Below, piece by piece: positions 53,461 through 63,471 of a stretch of 64,000 bases of DNA. Below the pieces are notes generated by a model. That model saw only the letters and a program-made list of their open reading frames with translations. It was not told where the DNA came from and did not search any database. Each line of letters starts with the position of its first letter. Position 1 is the first letter of the stretch. Position numbers and translations under genes: made by a program. The DNA is taken from positions 1 to 64,000 of the IMG/VR virus record IMGVR_UViG_3300042922_001182. One strand, 5' to 3'.

Positions 53461-55842
53461 ATGACTGCAACCAAGAAGTACGATAGCTCATCTATCGTCA
53501 CTCTGAAGGGCCTGGAGGCCGTTCGGAAGCGCCCGACGATGTACATCGGCACCCTGGGCGTGGAGGGGTGCTTCCACCTGTTCCGAGAGATCTTCGACAA
53601 CTGCTTGGACGAGTTCATGGGCGGTTGGGGTAAGACCATCTGGGTCTCCATGGACAAGGACGGACGCGGCGTCACCGTCCGGGACGAGGGGCGCGGCATC
53701 CCCGTGGACAACGGGGCGCTTGAGCACCTGCTGACCACGCTCCACTCCGGCGGCAAGTTCGAGGAGGGCGCGTACGCCACCAGCGCCGGTCTGAACGGCG
53801 TCGGCTCGTCCTGCGTGAACGCCCTGTCCGACGTGATGGACGTCACCGTCTTCAAGGACGGCTTCGTTTGGAAGCAGAGCTTCAGCAAGGGCGTCGCCAA
53901 GGGCAAGATCGTCAAGGGCGAGCCCACCAAGAAGAGCGGCACCACGGTCCACTTCGTCCCCGACGTCACCATCATGGAGGAGGTCGCGTTCGACATCGAC
54001 CGGATCCGCCAGTACTGCGACATCCAGGCGTACCTGAACGCCGGGCTGAAGGTGGTGCTGAACGTCGACGGAAAGACGGAGGAGTTCCATCACCCCCAGG
54101 GCCTGATCGAGTACGTCGAACACCTCAATAAGCAGCCCATGTTCAAGACCGTCGCCAGCATGGCGGCGTCGGAGCAGATGCCCTCCGGCAAGCCGGGGCA
54201 GATGATCCACGTCGAGGTGGCCATCGGCTACTCGAAGGGCAGCGAGGAGGAGATGCAGTCCTTCTGTAACTCGATCCCCACCACCGACGGCGGCACCCAC
54301 GTCCAGGGCTTCCGCATGTCCCAGGTCACGATCATCAAGAACCTCGTGAAGGAGTTGAAGATCCTGGGCAAGAAGGATGAGGACATCGAGATCAAGGGCG
54401 AGGACGTCCGCGAGGGCCTGGTCGCCATCGTCTCCGTCAAGCACCCGGACCCCAAGTACAAGGGCCAGACCAAGCACAACCTGGGCAACCAGGACGTGCA
54501 GGGCATCGTCCAGCGCCTCCTGAACGCCGAGTTCAAGATCTGGCTCGACGCTCACCCGGAAGAGGCCAAGATCATCGCCAAGAAGTGCGTGGCCGCAGCC
54601 AAGGCCCGCGTGGCCGCCAACCGCGCCCGCACCGCCGTCCAGCGCAAGGAGTCGCTGGGCTTCGCCGCCGTCAACAACGTCGGCAAGCTCGCCGACTGCA
54701 CCAGCACCAACGCCGAGGAGTGCGAGCTCTTCATGGTCGAGGGCGACAGCGCGGGCGGCTCGGCGAAGAGCGGTCGCGACCCCCGGGTCCAGGCCATCTA
54801 CGCCCTGCGTGGCAAGCCCCTCAACTCCAACGACGTGCAGGTGCAGCGCCTGCTCGACAACAAGGAGCTGTCCGACCTGCTGACCGTCATGGGCTGCGGC
54901 TACGGCGAGCACTTCGACGTCGAGAAGCGCAAGTACCACAAGATCGTCATCATGACCGACGCGGACGTGGACGGCGCCCACATCGCCATCCTCCTGCTGA
55001 CGTTCCTGTTCCGCCACTGCCGCCCGCTGTTCGAGGTCGGCGCGATCTACGCCGCCCAGCCCCCGCTCTACAAGGTGGAGACCAAGGGCGGTAAGGACGT
55101 GTACATGCTGAACGACCACCAGTACGAGACCTACATCCGCAAGCGGGCGGCAGAGCTCTTCGACGTCAGCCTGAGCAAGGACGGCGAGACCTACGAGGAC
55201 TACCTGGCGGCCAACGCCTTCTCCTCGTTCCTCTCCAAGGCCCAGAACTACCCGGAGACCATCCGGGCCACCGCAGAGCGCATCGGCTGCAACGCGCAGC
55301 TGGTGGAGTTCTTCGCGGACTACGGCGGCTACATCGGGGACACGGAGAACACCGAGACCTTCGCGGAGGCCCTCACCGACGCGTTCCCCGGCCTCACCAC
55401 TACCGTCACCCAGCCGGGCCAGTTCTACCTGGAGGGCCTCTACCAGAACCGCTTCCACGCGTTCTACGTGGACGCCGATCTCCTCCCCCTCGTCGAACCC
55501 GTCGTCAAGGCCCGCGAGGGCTTCGGCGGCTACACCATGGCCTACGTCCTGCCCAAGGGCTCGGAGGAGGGCGAGTACCTGTCCATCTCCCAGGCCGTCG
55601 CCAAGGTCATCAGCGCGGCCACCCCGGCGCACCGCCAGCGGTTCAAGGGCCTGGGCGAGATGCCCGCGCCCGAGCTGTGGGACACCACCATGAACCCCGC
55701 CACCCGCTCGATGCTCCGCATCACGGTCGCGGACATGGAGGGCACCGACGACCTCATCCAGCGCCTCATGGGCAACGACCCGGAGCACCGCAAGGCGTTC
55801 CTGGAGACCAACCAGAACCTAGTTAAGAACCTGGACGTCTAG
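53461..55842 (+). CDS. gyrB: DNA gyrase subunit B
   Basis: GLEAVRKRPTMYIG, DEGRGIP, GGTH, EGDSAGG, MTDADVDG, RFKGLGEM, C-terminal NLDV; long Toprim insertion. Confidence 0.95.
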   Translation: MTATKKYDSSSIVTLKGLEAVRKRPTMYIGTLGVEGCFHLFREIFDNCLDEFMGGWGKTIWVSMDKDGRGVTVRDEGRGIPVDNGALEHLLTTLHSGGKFEEGAYATSAGLNGVGSSCVNALSDVMDVTVFKDGFVWKQSFSKGVAKGKIVKGEPTKKSGTTVHFVPDVTIMEEVAFDIDRIRQYCDIQAYLNAGLKVVLNVDGKTEEFHHPQGLIEYVEHLNKQPMFKTVASMAASEQMPSGKPGQMIHVEVAIGYSKGSEEEMQSFCNSIPTTDGGTHVQGFRMSQVTIIKNLVKELKILGKKDEDIEIKGEDVREGLVAIVSVKHPDPKYKGQTKHNLGNQDVQGIVQRLLNAEFKIWLDAHPEEAKIIAKKCVAAAKARVAANRARTAVQRKESLGFAAVNNVGKLADCTSTNAEECELFMVEGDSAGGSAKSGRDPRVQAIYALRGKPLNSNDVQVQRLLDNKELSDLLTVMGCGYGEHFDVEKRKYHKIVIMTDADVDGAHIAILLLTFLFRHCRPLFEVGAIYAAQPPLYKVETKGGKDVYMLNDHQYETYIRKRAAELFDVSLSKDGETYEDYLAANAFSSFLSKAQNYPETIRATAERIGCNAQLVEFFADYGGYIGDTENTETFAEALTDAFPGLTTTVTQPGQFYLEGLYQNRFHAFYVDADLLPLVEPVVKAREGFGGYTMAYVLPKGSEEGEYLSISQAVAKVISAATPAHRQRFKGLGEMPAPELWDTTMNPATRSMLRITVADMEGTDDLIQRLMGNDPEHRKAFLETNQNLVKNLDV

Positions 55843-55900
55843 TCCGGGAGCAGGGGAGGGCTCCGGCCCTCCCCGAACCAGATAAAGAGAGGAGCGCACC

Positions 55901-56503
55901 ATGCGTGGCACCAAAGAGATCGACACCAAGACCTACGTCGAGGGGATGACCGCGTTCATCGAGAAGCACAACCCCGGGATGAACGTCATCCAGGCGATCC
56001 CGGAGCACGAGATCGTCTCAGCCTACACCGTCGACGATCTCAGCCGGGTCGTCATCCACATCTTCAGAGCCCGCAACATCCCGGGGATGGCCCCCACCAA
56101 GGTCCTGAAGGTCGACACGGAGGTCCTGTGGACGGAGGGGCTGAACGTCCGCGAGAGCGAGAAGCGCAACACGGCCATCCGAATGGCGGCCAGCAAGGTG
56201 GTGGAGAGCTTCTTGGAGGACCAGGAGAGGGCCCGTAAGGCCCAGGGCATCCCGACCGCCGTGGAGACGGGGCTCATCCTTCTCGCGATCTCGTACCTGC
56301 GCAGCGAGATCGTCCGGGACGCGGGGCAGGGGAACTACGACGTGATGCCCCACCGGGTCGTCCGCCTCAGCGTCGACGACGTGAAGGGCGTGGTCCAGAA
56401 GGCCAAGCACGCCCTTGAGCTCTACAGCAGCGACGAGGACTTCCTCGTCAACAAGATCGTCCAGTTCCTCAAGGGGATGGGCCTGGCCGTACCGTCGGAC
56501 TAA
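55901..56503 (+). CDS. Hypothetical protein
   Basis: GAGGAG SD; 200 aa. Confidence 0.75.
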   Translation: MRGTKEIDTKTYVEGMTAFIEKHNPGMNVIQAIPEHEIVSAYTVDDLSRVVIHIFRARNIPGMAPTKVLKVDTEVLWTEGLNVRESEKRNTAIRMAASKVVESFLEDQERARKAQGIPTAVETGLILLAISYLRSEIVRDAGQGNYDVMPHRVVRLSVDDVKGVVQKAKHALELYSSDEDFLVNKIVQFLKGMGLAVPSD

Positions 56504-56508
56504 CACGA

Positions 56509-56536
56509 GGGGGAGACACGTCTCCCCCATTTTTTT
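56509..56536 (+). terminator. Intrinsic terminator
   Basis: GGGGGAGAC/GTCTCCCCC stem followed by ATTTTTTT. Confidence 0.75.
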
Positions 56537-56548
56537 GGAGGGGAAGAG

Positions 56549-57520
56549 ATGCTGAAGAGCAAGATCAACAAGAAGCTGATGGACCAGTTCGGAGAGCCGT
56601 ACGGCATCTTCGACAAGATGGGGCTGCCTAGGAAGAGCGAGAAGCGCCCGACCCCCATCCCGCCGCTGACGTTCACCGGCTACGGCAACCTGTACGGCTA
56701 CTACAGCCCTCTGCTGTACGGCGACGCGTCCGGGGTGACCGGCGACGTGACGGGGCTGACCGGCGACATCAGCGGCCTGACCGGCGACGTGAGCGGCATC
56801 AAGGGCAAGATCGACGGGCTCCGTGGGGACGTCACGAACATCTACGGCGACATCAGCAACCTCTGGGGCGTCTGCTCCACCATGAAGGGGGACCTCGTCG
56901 GTCTGCTGGGCAACTGCACCGGAATCAGCGGAGACGTGACGAAGATCGTTGGCATCTTCGGTGGTAACTTCCTGAGGCCCACCGGCCCCCTGGACAGCAA
57001 CGGTCAAGTGGACTACGGGGTCACCCCCGACCCCCTCAAGAACCCGATGGGCGACGTGTCTGACCTGATGGGCATGATCACCCTCCTGGTCGGCGACGTC
57101 GGTCAGATCAAGGGCAACTGCTCGTTCATCGGCGGCGACTGCACCGGCCTCAGCGGCGACGTCGGCGGCATCAGCGGGAGCGTCGGCAAGGTGGTCACCA
57201 CCGATCACCCCACCGACAAGGACTCCGACGGCGAGCCCCTGAAGGTCCTGTCCGTCGAGGGCAAGGTGACCGGCGACTGCTCCAAGATCCAGGGCGACGT
57301 CACGAAGATCTACGGCGACGTCACGAAGCTGTCCGGCAACGTCTCCCTCCTCATCGGCGACGTCAGCGGTCTCACCGGCTACGCCACCGCCATGTCCGGC
57401 AACGTCACCGGGCTCATGGGCAACCTCAACTCCATCCCATTCGAGAAACGGGCCATGCCCATCGTCCCCACCTGGCTGTCCCCCGGCCCCGTCGAGCCCA
57501 TCGGCGGCGTCCTCCCCTAG
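56549..57520 (+). CDS. Heptapeptide-repeat (GD[VIC][TS]x[LI]x) beta-solenoid protein
   Basis: More than 20 seven-residue repeats in three blocks. Confidence 0.8.
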   Translation: MLKSKINKKLMDQFGEPYGIFDKMGLPRKSEKRPTPIPPLTFTGYGNLYGYYSPLLYGDASGVTGDVTGLTGDISGLTGDVSGIKGKIDGLRGDVTNIYGDISNLWGVCSTMKGDLVGLLGNCTGISGDVTKIVGIFGGNFLRPTGPLDSNGQVDYGVTPDPLKNPMGDVSDLMGMITLLVGDVGQIKGNCSFIGGDCTGLSGDVGGISGSVGKVVTTDHPTDKDSDGEPLKVLSVEGKVTGDCSKIQGDVTKIYGDVTKLSGNVSLLIGDVSGLTGYATAMSGNVTGLMGNLNSIPFEKRAMPIVPTWLSPGPVEPIGGVLP

Positions 57521-57542
57521 AAGAAAGAAGGAGATACCAACC

Positions 57543-58109
57543 TTGGCAATCGTGGAACTGAACAAGGGCATCGCGAAGAAGAAGGAGCTCCCGCTCTACA
57601 TCGACGTCCTGGAGGTGGCCTCCAGGACGGACAAGGCGGTCCAGGTCCTCTACACCCTGGCGACGGGGGAGACGAAGAACTGCCACAAGTGCGGCAGGGC
57701 GCTCACCGACCCGGTGTCGCAGCTCCTCATGTACGGCCCCCACTGCTGCGCCGACCTGGGGATCGACCGGAGCGTCACCAACCGGGAGGAAGCGCTGGCC
57801 TCCCTGGCCGCTGCGGCCGACGCCTTCGGAGCCCGCGTGGACTGGTTCCCCATCGGCTCCATCTACATGGGGATCGCCGACAACAAGGAGATCAAGGGGT
57901 ACGTGGGGACCATGGTCCTATCCGATGAGCAGAAGCAGTTCATCGCCAGGTACCACGCCTCCGGGCGCTCCCTCTCCAGGTTGGTGGCGGCCATCAACCT
58001 CAAGCACGAGCGCCAGTCTATGCTCCTGTGGCAGCTGAACCAGATCCAGGCGGTCTGGGACAGCTGCGCGGAGGCCTCCAAGGGTCGCCTCCGGCAGCAG
58101 CCCGTGTGA
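57543..58109 (+). CDS. Zinc-finger protein (DUF6011-like motif)
   Basis: CHKCGRALTDPVS...YGPHC. Confidence 0.7.
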   Translation: MAIVELNKGIAKKKELPLYIDVLEVASRTDKAVQVLYTLATGETKNCHKCGRALTDPVSQLLMYGPHCCADLGIDRSVTNREEALASLAAAADAFGARVDWFPIGSIYMGIADNKEIKGYVGTMVLSDEQKQFIARYHASGRSLSRLVAAINLKHERQSMLLWQLNQIQAVWDSCAEASKGRLRQQPV

Positions 58110-58111
58110 AG

Positions 58112-58121
58112 CACATATTAT
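58112..58121 (+). promoter_or_regulatory. Putative phage early promoter CACATATTAT
   Basis: Exact motif followed by a 5' hairpin GACCCTTCGCCC/GGGTGAAGGGTC. Confidence 0.65.
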
Positions 58122-58189
58122 AGCAAAGACCCTTCGCCCATAATCGGGTGAAGGGTCGCCTTCAGTCCTCTTAGAAAGGAATAAGAATC

Positions 58190-59245
58190 ATGAGCGAGAA
58201 GAAGCTCCCCATGGGCGCGGCCAGCCAGGTCAACGGCCTCGTCGGGACCCGGAACGGGCTGCTGGTCGTCCGGGAGGCCAGGGGGAACGGGGCGTACGAG
58301 TGTCTGTGCCTCGGATGTAACAAGGGATCCGTCGTCGGGGCGGGTTACATCAAGCACAACTCCTGCTGCTACAACTGCGGGCTGAAGATCCCCAAGCGCA
58401 AGTCAAAGATGTACACCGTTCTCAGCAAGCGCCACCTACAGATGACCAAGAGCTGCACGGACAAGAGCAGCAGGTCCTACCCGAGTCTCGGCGGCCGTGG
58501 GATCAGCGTCGACCCCTCCATTCGCAACGTCAACGCCTACATGGCCTTGATAGTCAACCTACCCGGCTACGCCGAGATGAAGAGCGCGAAGGATGTCTCC
58601 GTCTATGATGTCTCTCGGATAGACAGAGATGTGGACTTCGCCCCGGGGAACCTCAGGATCATCCACGAGAGCCTGAAGGGTAAAGCTGCAACCCCCGAAT
58701 CGATCACGCAGGCCGAAGCCCCCAAACTGGCCGTCGTCGATGGGTTCGGCATCTTCCTGAAGCTGACCCCCGGTGGGGGGATCAAGCCCCTGGAGATGGA
58801 GCTGGCGGTCGGCCCGTTCCGGAAGAGCGGGAAAGTCTACTACGACGAGGAGCACCGGTGCGTCCTGGAGGAGCACTACGCCCCCACCAGGGCGGAGATC
58901 CGGAAGAAGGCGAAGGAGATGGCGGAGAAGCACCTGGATGACCTCGGTCGTGCGGCGAAGCTCACCAGGGACTCGCTCACCCTCTTCCTCAACGACGCCA
59001 CGCCCAGGACCGGCGCCCCCGAGGGGTGGATGGTCGCCGTCAACGAGGAGTCCGGCCATGTGGTCGAGGCCCCCAACAAGGACGCCCTGGCGAGGTTGCT
59101 GGAGGTATCGCGCTCCACCGTCTACCGCTCGCTCAACGAGAAGCGGAAGCTGCTCAACGGCTACCAGGTGAGGACCGCCGAGGACTACAACCAGTCCGTA
59201 AACGACGGGATGGGCTACAAGGTGACGGGGCTCGACCCGGAGTGA
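58190..59245 (+). CDS. Degenerate HNH-like protein with C-terminal NUMOD1/HTH-like domain
   Basis: ECLC..C, GGRGISV, VSRIDRDVDFAPGNLR; C-terminal ALARLLEVSRSTVYRSL. Confidence 0.7.
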   Translation: MSEKKLPMGAASQVNGLVGTRNGLLVVREARGNGAYECLCLGCNKGSVVGAGYIKHNSCCYNCGLKIPKRKSKMYTVLSKRHLQMTKSCTDKSSRSYPSLGGRGISVDPSIRNVNAYMALIVNLPGYAEMKSAKDVSVYDVSRIDRDVDFAPGNLRIIHESLKGKAATPESITQAEAPKLAVVDGFGIFLKLTPGGGIKPLEMELAVGPFRKSGKVYYDEEHRCVLEEHYAPTRAEIRKKAKEMAEKHLDDLGRAAKLTRDSLTLFLNDATPRTGAPEGWMVAVNEESGHVVEAPNKDALARLLEVSRSTVYRSLNEKRKLLNGYQVRTAEDYNQSVNDGMGYKVTGLDPE

Positions 59246-59305
59246 ACCCCTAAACCCCCGGGGAACACCGAATGGTCAGAGCCCCCGATAGAAAGGTAGG
59301 CAGTA

Positions 59306-59620
59306 GTGGCCACGAACGTTCCAATCGGATTCTCCAAAGAGGCAATCGGCGTCTACATCAGCGACGGTTCGAGCATCAACGACTTCAAGGTGAGCACCGT
59401 CCCCGGTACCTGGACGCACCAGGGAGGGGACATGTGGGCCCACCCCACCCACGCCGGTTGGCTCCTGGGAGCCTCCATCGTGGGCACGCCCGAGGAGGCC
59501 ACCCTCCTAGTCCAGGGCACCGCCGTCAAGCGCATCAAGATCCTGGAAGAGGCGCTGCAGAAAGCCAGGGGAATCCTCCGCAACACCTACGCCCCCGAGG
59601 AGGTCCACCGTGGCGGTTAG
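59306..59620 (+). CDS. Hypothetical protein
   Basis: GTG start after AAAGGT; codon bias. Confidence 0.65.
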   Translation: MATNVPIGFSKEAIGVYISDGSSINDFKVSTVPGTWTHQGGDMWAHPTHAGWLLGASIVGTPEEATLLVQGTAVKRIKILEEALQKARGILRNTYAPEEVHRGG

Positions 59621-59804
59621 CATCGACAACGGCCCCGAGGTCACGGTGAACCTCACCCAGGCCGAGCTGCAGGAGATCATCGGCTCCCTCATGATCAGGC
59701 AGCGGCACGCCAACAGCTCCACCGACTCCGCAGTCATCAAGCGCAACTGCGAGAGCGCCCTGACAAAGCTCCGCCCCCTTCGGAAGGGCGGGTTCTACGA
59801 TTAG
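59610..59804 (+). CDS. Hypothetical protein
   Basis: GGAGG SD; 64 aa. Confidence 0.65.
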   Translation: MAVSIDNGPEVTVNLTQAELQEIIGSLMIRQRHANSSTDSAVIKRNCESALTKLRPLRKGGFYD

Positions 59805-59815
59805 AAAGGACCACG

Positions 59816-62296
59816 ATGACCAAGATCATCGATAAGGACATCACCTCCGTCTTCACCGAGAACTTCGTGGACTACTCCATGAGCGTCCTCCTGAAGCGTG
59901 CCATCCCGTCCGCTCTGGACGGGCTCAAGCCGGTCCACCGGCGCATCCTGTACGCGATGCGCCAGAACGGGCTCTTCCCCAGCAAGAAGTACAAGAAGTC
60001 CGCCCACACGGTCGGCTTCGTGCTCGGCTCGTTCCACCCCCACGGCGACTCGTCCGTCTACGACGCCATGGTGCGCATGGCTCAGCCCTGGGCCGTCAAC
60101 GCCATGCTGGTGGACGGCTACGGCAACTTCGGCTCCCAGGACGGGGACGGGGCCGCCGCTTACCGCTACACCGAGGCCCGTCTGCAGAAGTTCACCACGG
60201 ACTTCCTCCTGGACGAGATCCACAAGGACGCCGTCCCCATGCTCCCGACGTACGACGGGAGCGACATGGAGCCGTTCGTTCTCCCGGCCAAGCTCCCCCT
60301 GCTGCTCATCAACGGCACCTCGGGCATCGGCTCGGCTCACTCCACCGACATCCCCCCCTGCAACCCCAGCGACGTGATCCAGGCCACTCTGGCCCTGCTC
60401 CAGGACCCCACCATCGGGGACCGGGACATCGCCCGCCGCATCCGCATCGACTACCCCACCGGGGGCATCGTCTGCTCCTCCGTGGCGGTCGAGAACGCCT
60501 TCACCACCGGCCGAGGCAGCGTCCGGGTCCGGGCCAAGGTCCACCACGAGGAGGACAAGAAGAACGGCCGCGAGCTGATCGTCGTGGACGAGCTGGCGTA
60601 CGGCACCAACACCGAGAACGTGCTGAACTCCATCGTCCAGAAGGTCAAGGAGGGCACGATCGAGGGCATCTCCAACATCCGCAACGAGTCCGCCAAGGGC
60701 AAGATCCGCGTGGTGGTGGAGGTCAAGCCCGGCCACCAGGCCGGTGTGGTCGAGAACCTGCTCTACAAGATGACCCAGCTGCAGATCACGCAGAAGATCA
60801 TCATGATCGCGACGAGCAACAACGACTTCCGCCAGTACAACGCCAAGGGGCTGCTCACCGACTGGATCGAGTTCCGCCGTACCACCTTGAAGCGCATCTT
60901 CTCGTTCGACGTCCAGAAGCACCTCGTCCGCATGCACATCCTGGAGGGCTTGCTGAAGGCCCTCGCCGACATCGACAAGGTGGTCGCCATCATCCGGGCA
61001 TCCAAGGGCCGCCATGAGGCCATCGAGCGCCTCGTCGCGTTCAAGCACGACAAGAGCGACCCCGGCTACAGCCCCGAGCAGGCCGCAGCCATCTTGGACA
61101 TGCGCCTCTCCAAGCTCACAGGCCTGGAGAAGAACCAGCTCGCCGAGGAGCACGTCCAGCTCACGGCGACCGTGGAGCGTCTCAAGGACCTGCTGCGGGA
61201 CTCCGACGAGCTGGACGCCTTCATCCGCTCTCAGCTGGAGGAGATCGCCTCGAAGGTCAAGGACATTTTCGGTCGCAAGGACCCCTGGACCAGCATCGAG
61301 GAGATCGAGACCAACATCGAGGCCGAGGACGTGGTGCCGGACGAGGACTACCTCGTCGCCATCACCAACGGCGGCTTCATCAAGAAGCTGAAGCACGAGA
61401 TCAACGCGCAGAAGCGCGGGGGCAAGGGCACCTCTGTCGGCAAGACTCGCGAGGACGACTTCGTCTCCCGCATGTTCATCGCCAACAGCAAGGACCACCT
61501 GCTCATCTTCACCAACACCGGCCGCGTGTTCGACGTCAAGGTCTGGCGCGTCGCGGAGAGCAGCATGGGCTCGGTGGGCAAGCCCGCCGCCGCCTACGTC
61601 AGCCTCCGGGAGAACGAGCGGGTCCAGGCCGTGCTCAACCTCAGCAACACCCAGTTCGAGGACGACGGATCGTACCTCATGTTCGCCACCCAGAACGGCC
61701 AGGTGAAGAAGACGCTGCTCTCCGAGTTCCGCAACATCCTCACCACCGGCATCATCGCCATCACCCTCAAGGAGGGCGACGAGCTCCTGGGCGTCAAGTT
61801 CATCGACGGCGCCAAGGCCCAGCAGAACGTCTTCATGGCGACGGCTGGCGGAACCGGCATCCGCTTCGACCACTCGGACGTGCGCCCCATGGGCCGCGAC
61901 ACCACGGGTGTGATGGGCATCAAGCTCCGAGAGGACAGCGGCGACTACGTGGTCTCGTTCGACATCGTGGAGGACGAGGACTCCTACGTCCTGACCGCCA
62001 CCCAGGACGGCCGCTCCAAGCGCACGCCCATCACGGAGTACCCCGTGCAGGAGCGCGGCGGCTTCGGCCGCATCGCCACCCAGCTCCAGGAGAACGACCT
62101 CCTGATCAAGGCGCTCATCGTCAAGGAGGAGGACATCATGTTCATTAGCTCCGAGAAGATGGCCCGCGTCCCCGCAGAAGAGATCAAGATCTACCTGCGT
62201 CCCACCTACGGCATCAAGGCGGTCAGCCTGGACGAGGGCGCGTACCTCGTCGACGTGGTCCGCATCGACGCCGATGAGACCTCGGAAGAGGTCTAG
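59816..62296 (+). CDS. gyrA: DNA gyrase subunit A
   Basis: DGLKPVHRRILY, HPHGDSSVY, AYRYTEAR (catalytic Tyr), GyrA-box QKRGGKG, six C-terminal pinwheel blades. Confidence 0.95.
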   Translation: MTKIIDKDITSVFTENFVDYSMSVLLKRAIPSALDGLKPVHRRILYAMRQNGLFPSKKYKKSAHTVGFVLGSFHPHGDSSVYDAMVRMAQPWAVNAMLVDGYGNFGSQDGDGAAAYRYTEARLQKFTTDFLLDEIHKDAVPMLPTYDGSDMEPFVLPAKLPLLLINGTSGIGSAHSTDIPPCNPSDVIQATLALLQDPTIGDRDIARRIRIDYPTGGIVCSSVAVENAFTTGRGSVRVRAKVHHEEDKKNGRELIVVDELAYGTNTENVLNSIVQKVKEGTIEGISNIRNESAKGKIRVVVEVKPGHQAGVVENLLYKMTQLQITQKIIMIATSNNDFRQYNAKGLLTDWIEFRRTTLKRIFSFDVQKHLVRMHILEGLLKALADIDKVVAIIRASKGRHEAIERLVAFKHDKSDPGYSPEQAAAILDMRLSKLTGLEKNQLAEEHVQLTATVERLKDLLRDSDELDAFIRSQLEEIASKVKDIFGRKDPWTSIEEIETNIEAEDVVPDEDYLVAITNGGFIKKLKHEINAQKRGGKGTSVGKTREDDFVSRMFIANSKDHLLIFTNTGRVFDVKVWRVAESSMGSVGKPAAAYVSLRENERVQAVLNLSNTQFEDDGSYLMFATQNGQVKKTLLSEFRNILTTGIIAITLKEGDELLGVKFIDGAKAQQNVFMATAGGTGIRFDHSDVRPMGRDTTGVMGIKLREDSGDYVVSFDIVEDEDSYVLTATQDGRSKRTPITEYPVQERGGFGRIATQLQENDLLIKALIVKEEDIMFISSEKMARVPAEEIKIYLRPTYGIKAVSLDEGAYLVDVVRIDADETSEEV

Positions 62297-62381
62297 CGAG
62301 ACAACTGAACAGACGCCGGGAGACCGGCTGTACGGAGCCGGGGGTGCGAGCCCCCGGCCTACCAAGAAAGGAACAACGACA

Positions 62382-63020
62382 ATGCCGTCTGAGCACAGGA
62401 GGCTCTCTGCCAGGGAGATCGGAGAGGGGATCGAGGTCCAGCGTTTGCGGGTCTACGGCCTCTACAACCACCAGGGCGCGATCCCTCCTGAAACGTCGAA
62501 GAAGATCCACGAGGACCTGAAGGGGCTCTTCCCGACCACCAAGGTCAAGAGCTTCTCCACCCTCGGTTCCGCTGACAAGATGAAGTACCTGGAGTGGCTG
62601 AAGGAACAGCCCTCGTCCGGGGAAGAAGACAAGGGAAAGGAAGCGCAAGAGATGACCCAGAACAAGGGGCAGGAGTCCGGAGAGGTCACGGTGGTCCCCA
62701 ACGACCGCTCCAAGGTGATCGTCATCCTGGGCACGGAGCTGGCCGAGCGACGGGAAGAGGTGAACTCCCTCCGTCTCATGCTCAAGGAGCGTGACTCGGA
62801 GATCGGCTACATGTCGACCCAGATCGTCCAGAAGCTCAAGGAGGACAACGAGTACAAGGACCTCCTCATCGAGGAGCAGAAGGCCGAGATCGAGGCCCTC
62901 AAGGAGAAGCTGAAGGAGTTCGAGCAGGTTCCCTCCCCCAAGTTGGACAAGGAGGAGAAGGAAGTGCTTGAAAAATTGCAGTTCAGGGTTGAAGGGGGTG
63001 GTACCGCATCGGCCGCTTGA
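62382..63020 (+). CDS. Coiled-coil protein; paralog of 63543..>64000
   Basis: AAAGGA SD before ATG62382; RLRVYG and YxxWLxxQP motifs. Confidence 0.75.
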   Translation: MPSEHRRLSAREIGEGIEVQRLRVYGLYNHQGAIPPETSKKIHEDLKGLFPTTKVKSFSTLGSADKMKYLEWLKEQPSSGEEDKGKEAQEMTQNKGQESGEVTVVPNDRSKVIVILGTELAERREEVNSLRLMLKERDSEIGYMSTQIVQKLKEDNEYKDLLIEEQKAEIEALKEKLKEFEQVPSPKLDKEEKEVLEKLQFRVEGGGTASAA

Positions 63021-63453
63021 CCCGGCGGCACTATCACTGTCCACGACCTGCGGAATCAGCGACGGAGCCCGCAAGACGAACCGCAAGATCGAGACCTTCT
63101 CCGTCTCGAAGAAGGCCCTGACGGCTATGGACGATGCCGAGAAGCGGCTTGCGGCCGTGTTCGGCCAGGACGCCGCCGATGAGATGATGGACGAGATCCT
63201 GCGTTGCATGAAGGACACCAACATGAAGGACCACAACGCGGTCAGGAAGGCGTTCCGCCTCTGCGCGGACGTGTTCATCAACCCCCGTGTCGGCGTGGCG
63301 CTCCGACGGGAGTCCTCCCTGTACCACACCCTGGGCGGTACCCACTACTACAAGAAGGACCCGATCCGGATCGTCTACCGTGCCAACGGCCCGGTGGTGA
63401 CCCTGGTCAAGGTGGGCATGCGGAACGACGTCTACGAAGACGTGGCTATGTAG
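62968..63453 (+). CDS. RelE/ParE-like toxin-fold protein (start uncertain)
   Basis: FSVSKKA near the N-terminus; C-terminal RIVYR...VTLVKVGMRNDVY. Confidence 0.6.
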   Translation: MKNCSSGLKGVVPHRPLDPAALSLSTTCGISDGARKTNRKIETFSVSKKALTAMDDAEKRLAAVFGQDAADEMMDEILRCMKDTNMKDHNAVRKAFRLCADVFINPRVGVALRRESSLYHTLGGTHYYKKDPIRIVYRANGPVVTLVKVGMRNDVYEDVAM

Positions 63454-63461
63454 TAATCAGC

Positions 63462-63471
63462 TACATATTAT
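63462..63471 (+). promoter_or_regulatory. Putative phage early promoter (TACATATTAT)
   Basis: Motif variant followed by a 5' hairpin. Confidence 0.6.

Noticed and set aside
39399-62365. Very long antisense ORFs (39399..42680, 53488..55788, 59801..62365; also 30705..32462, 36954..38990, 2327..3784)
   Set aside because: They are shadows of strongly C/G-third-position sense genes; no SD, no motifs, and they mirror recognisable genes on the other strand
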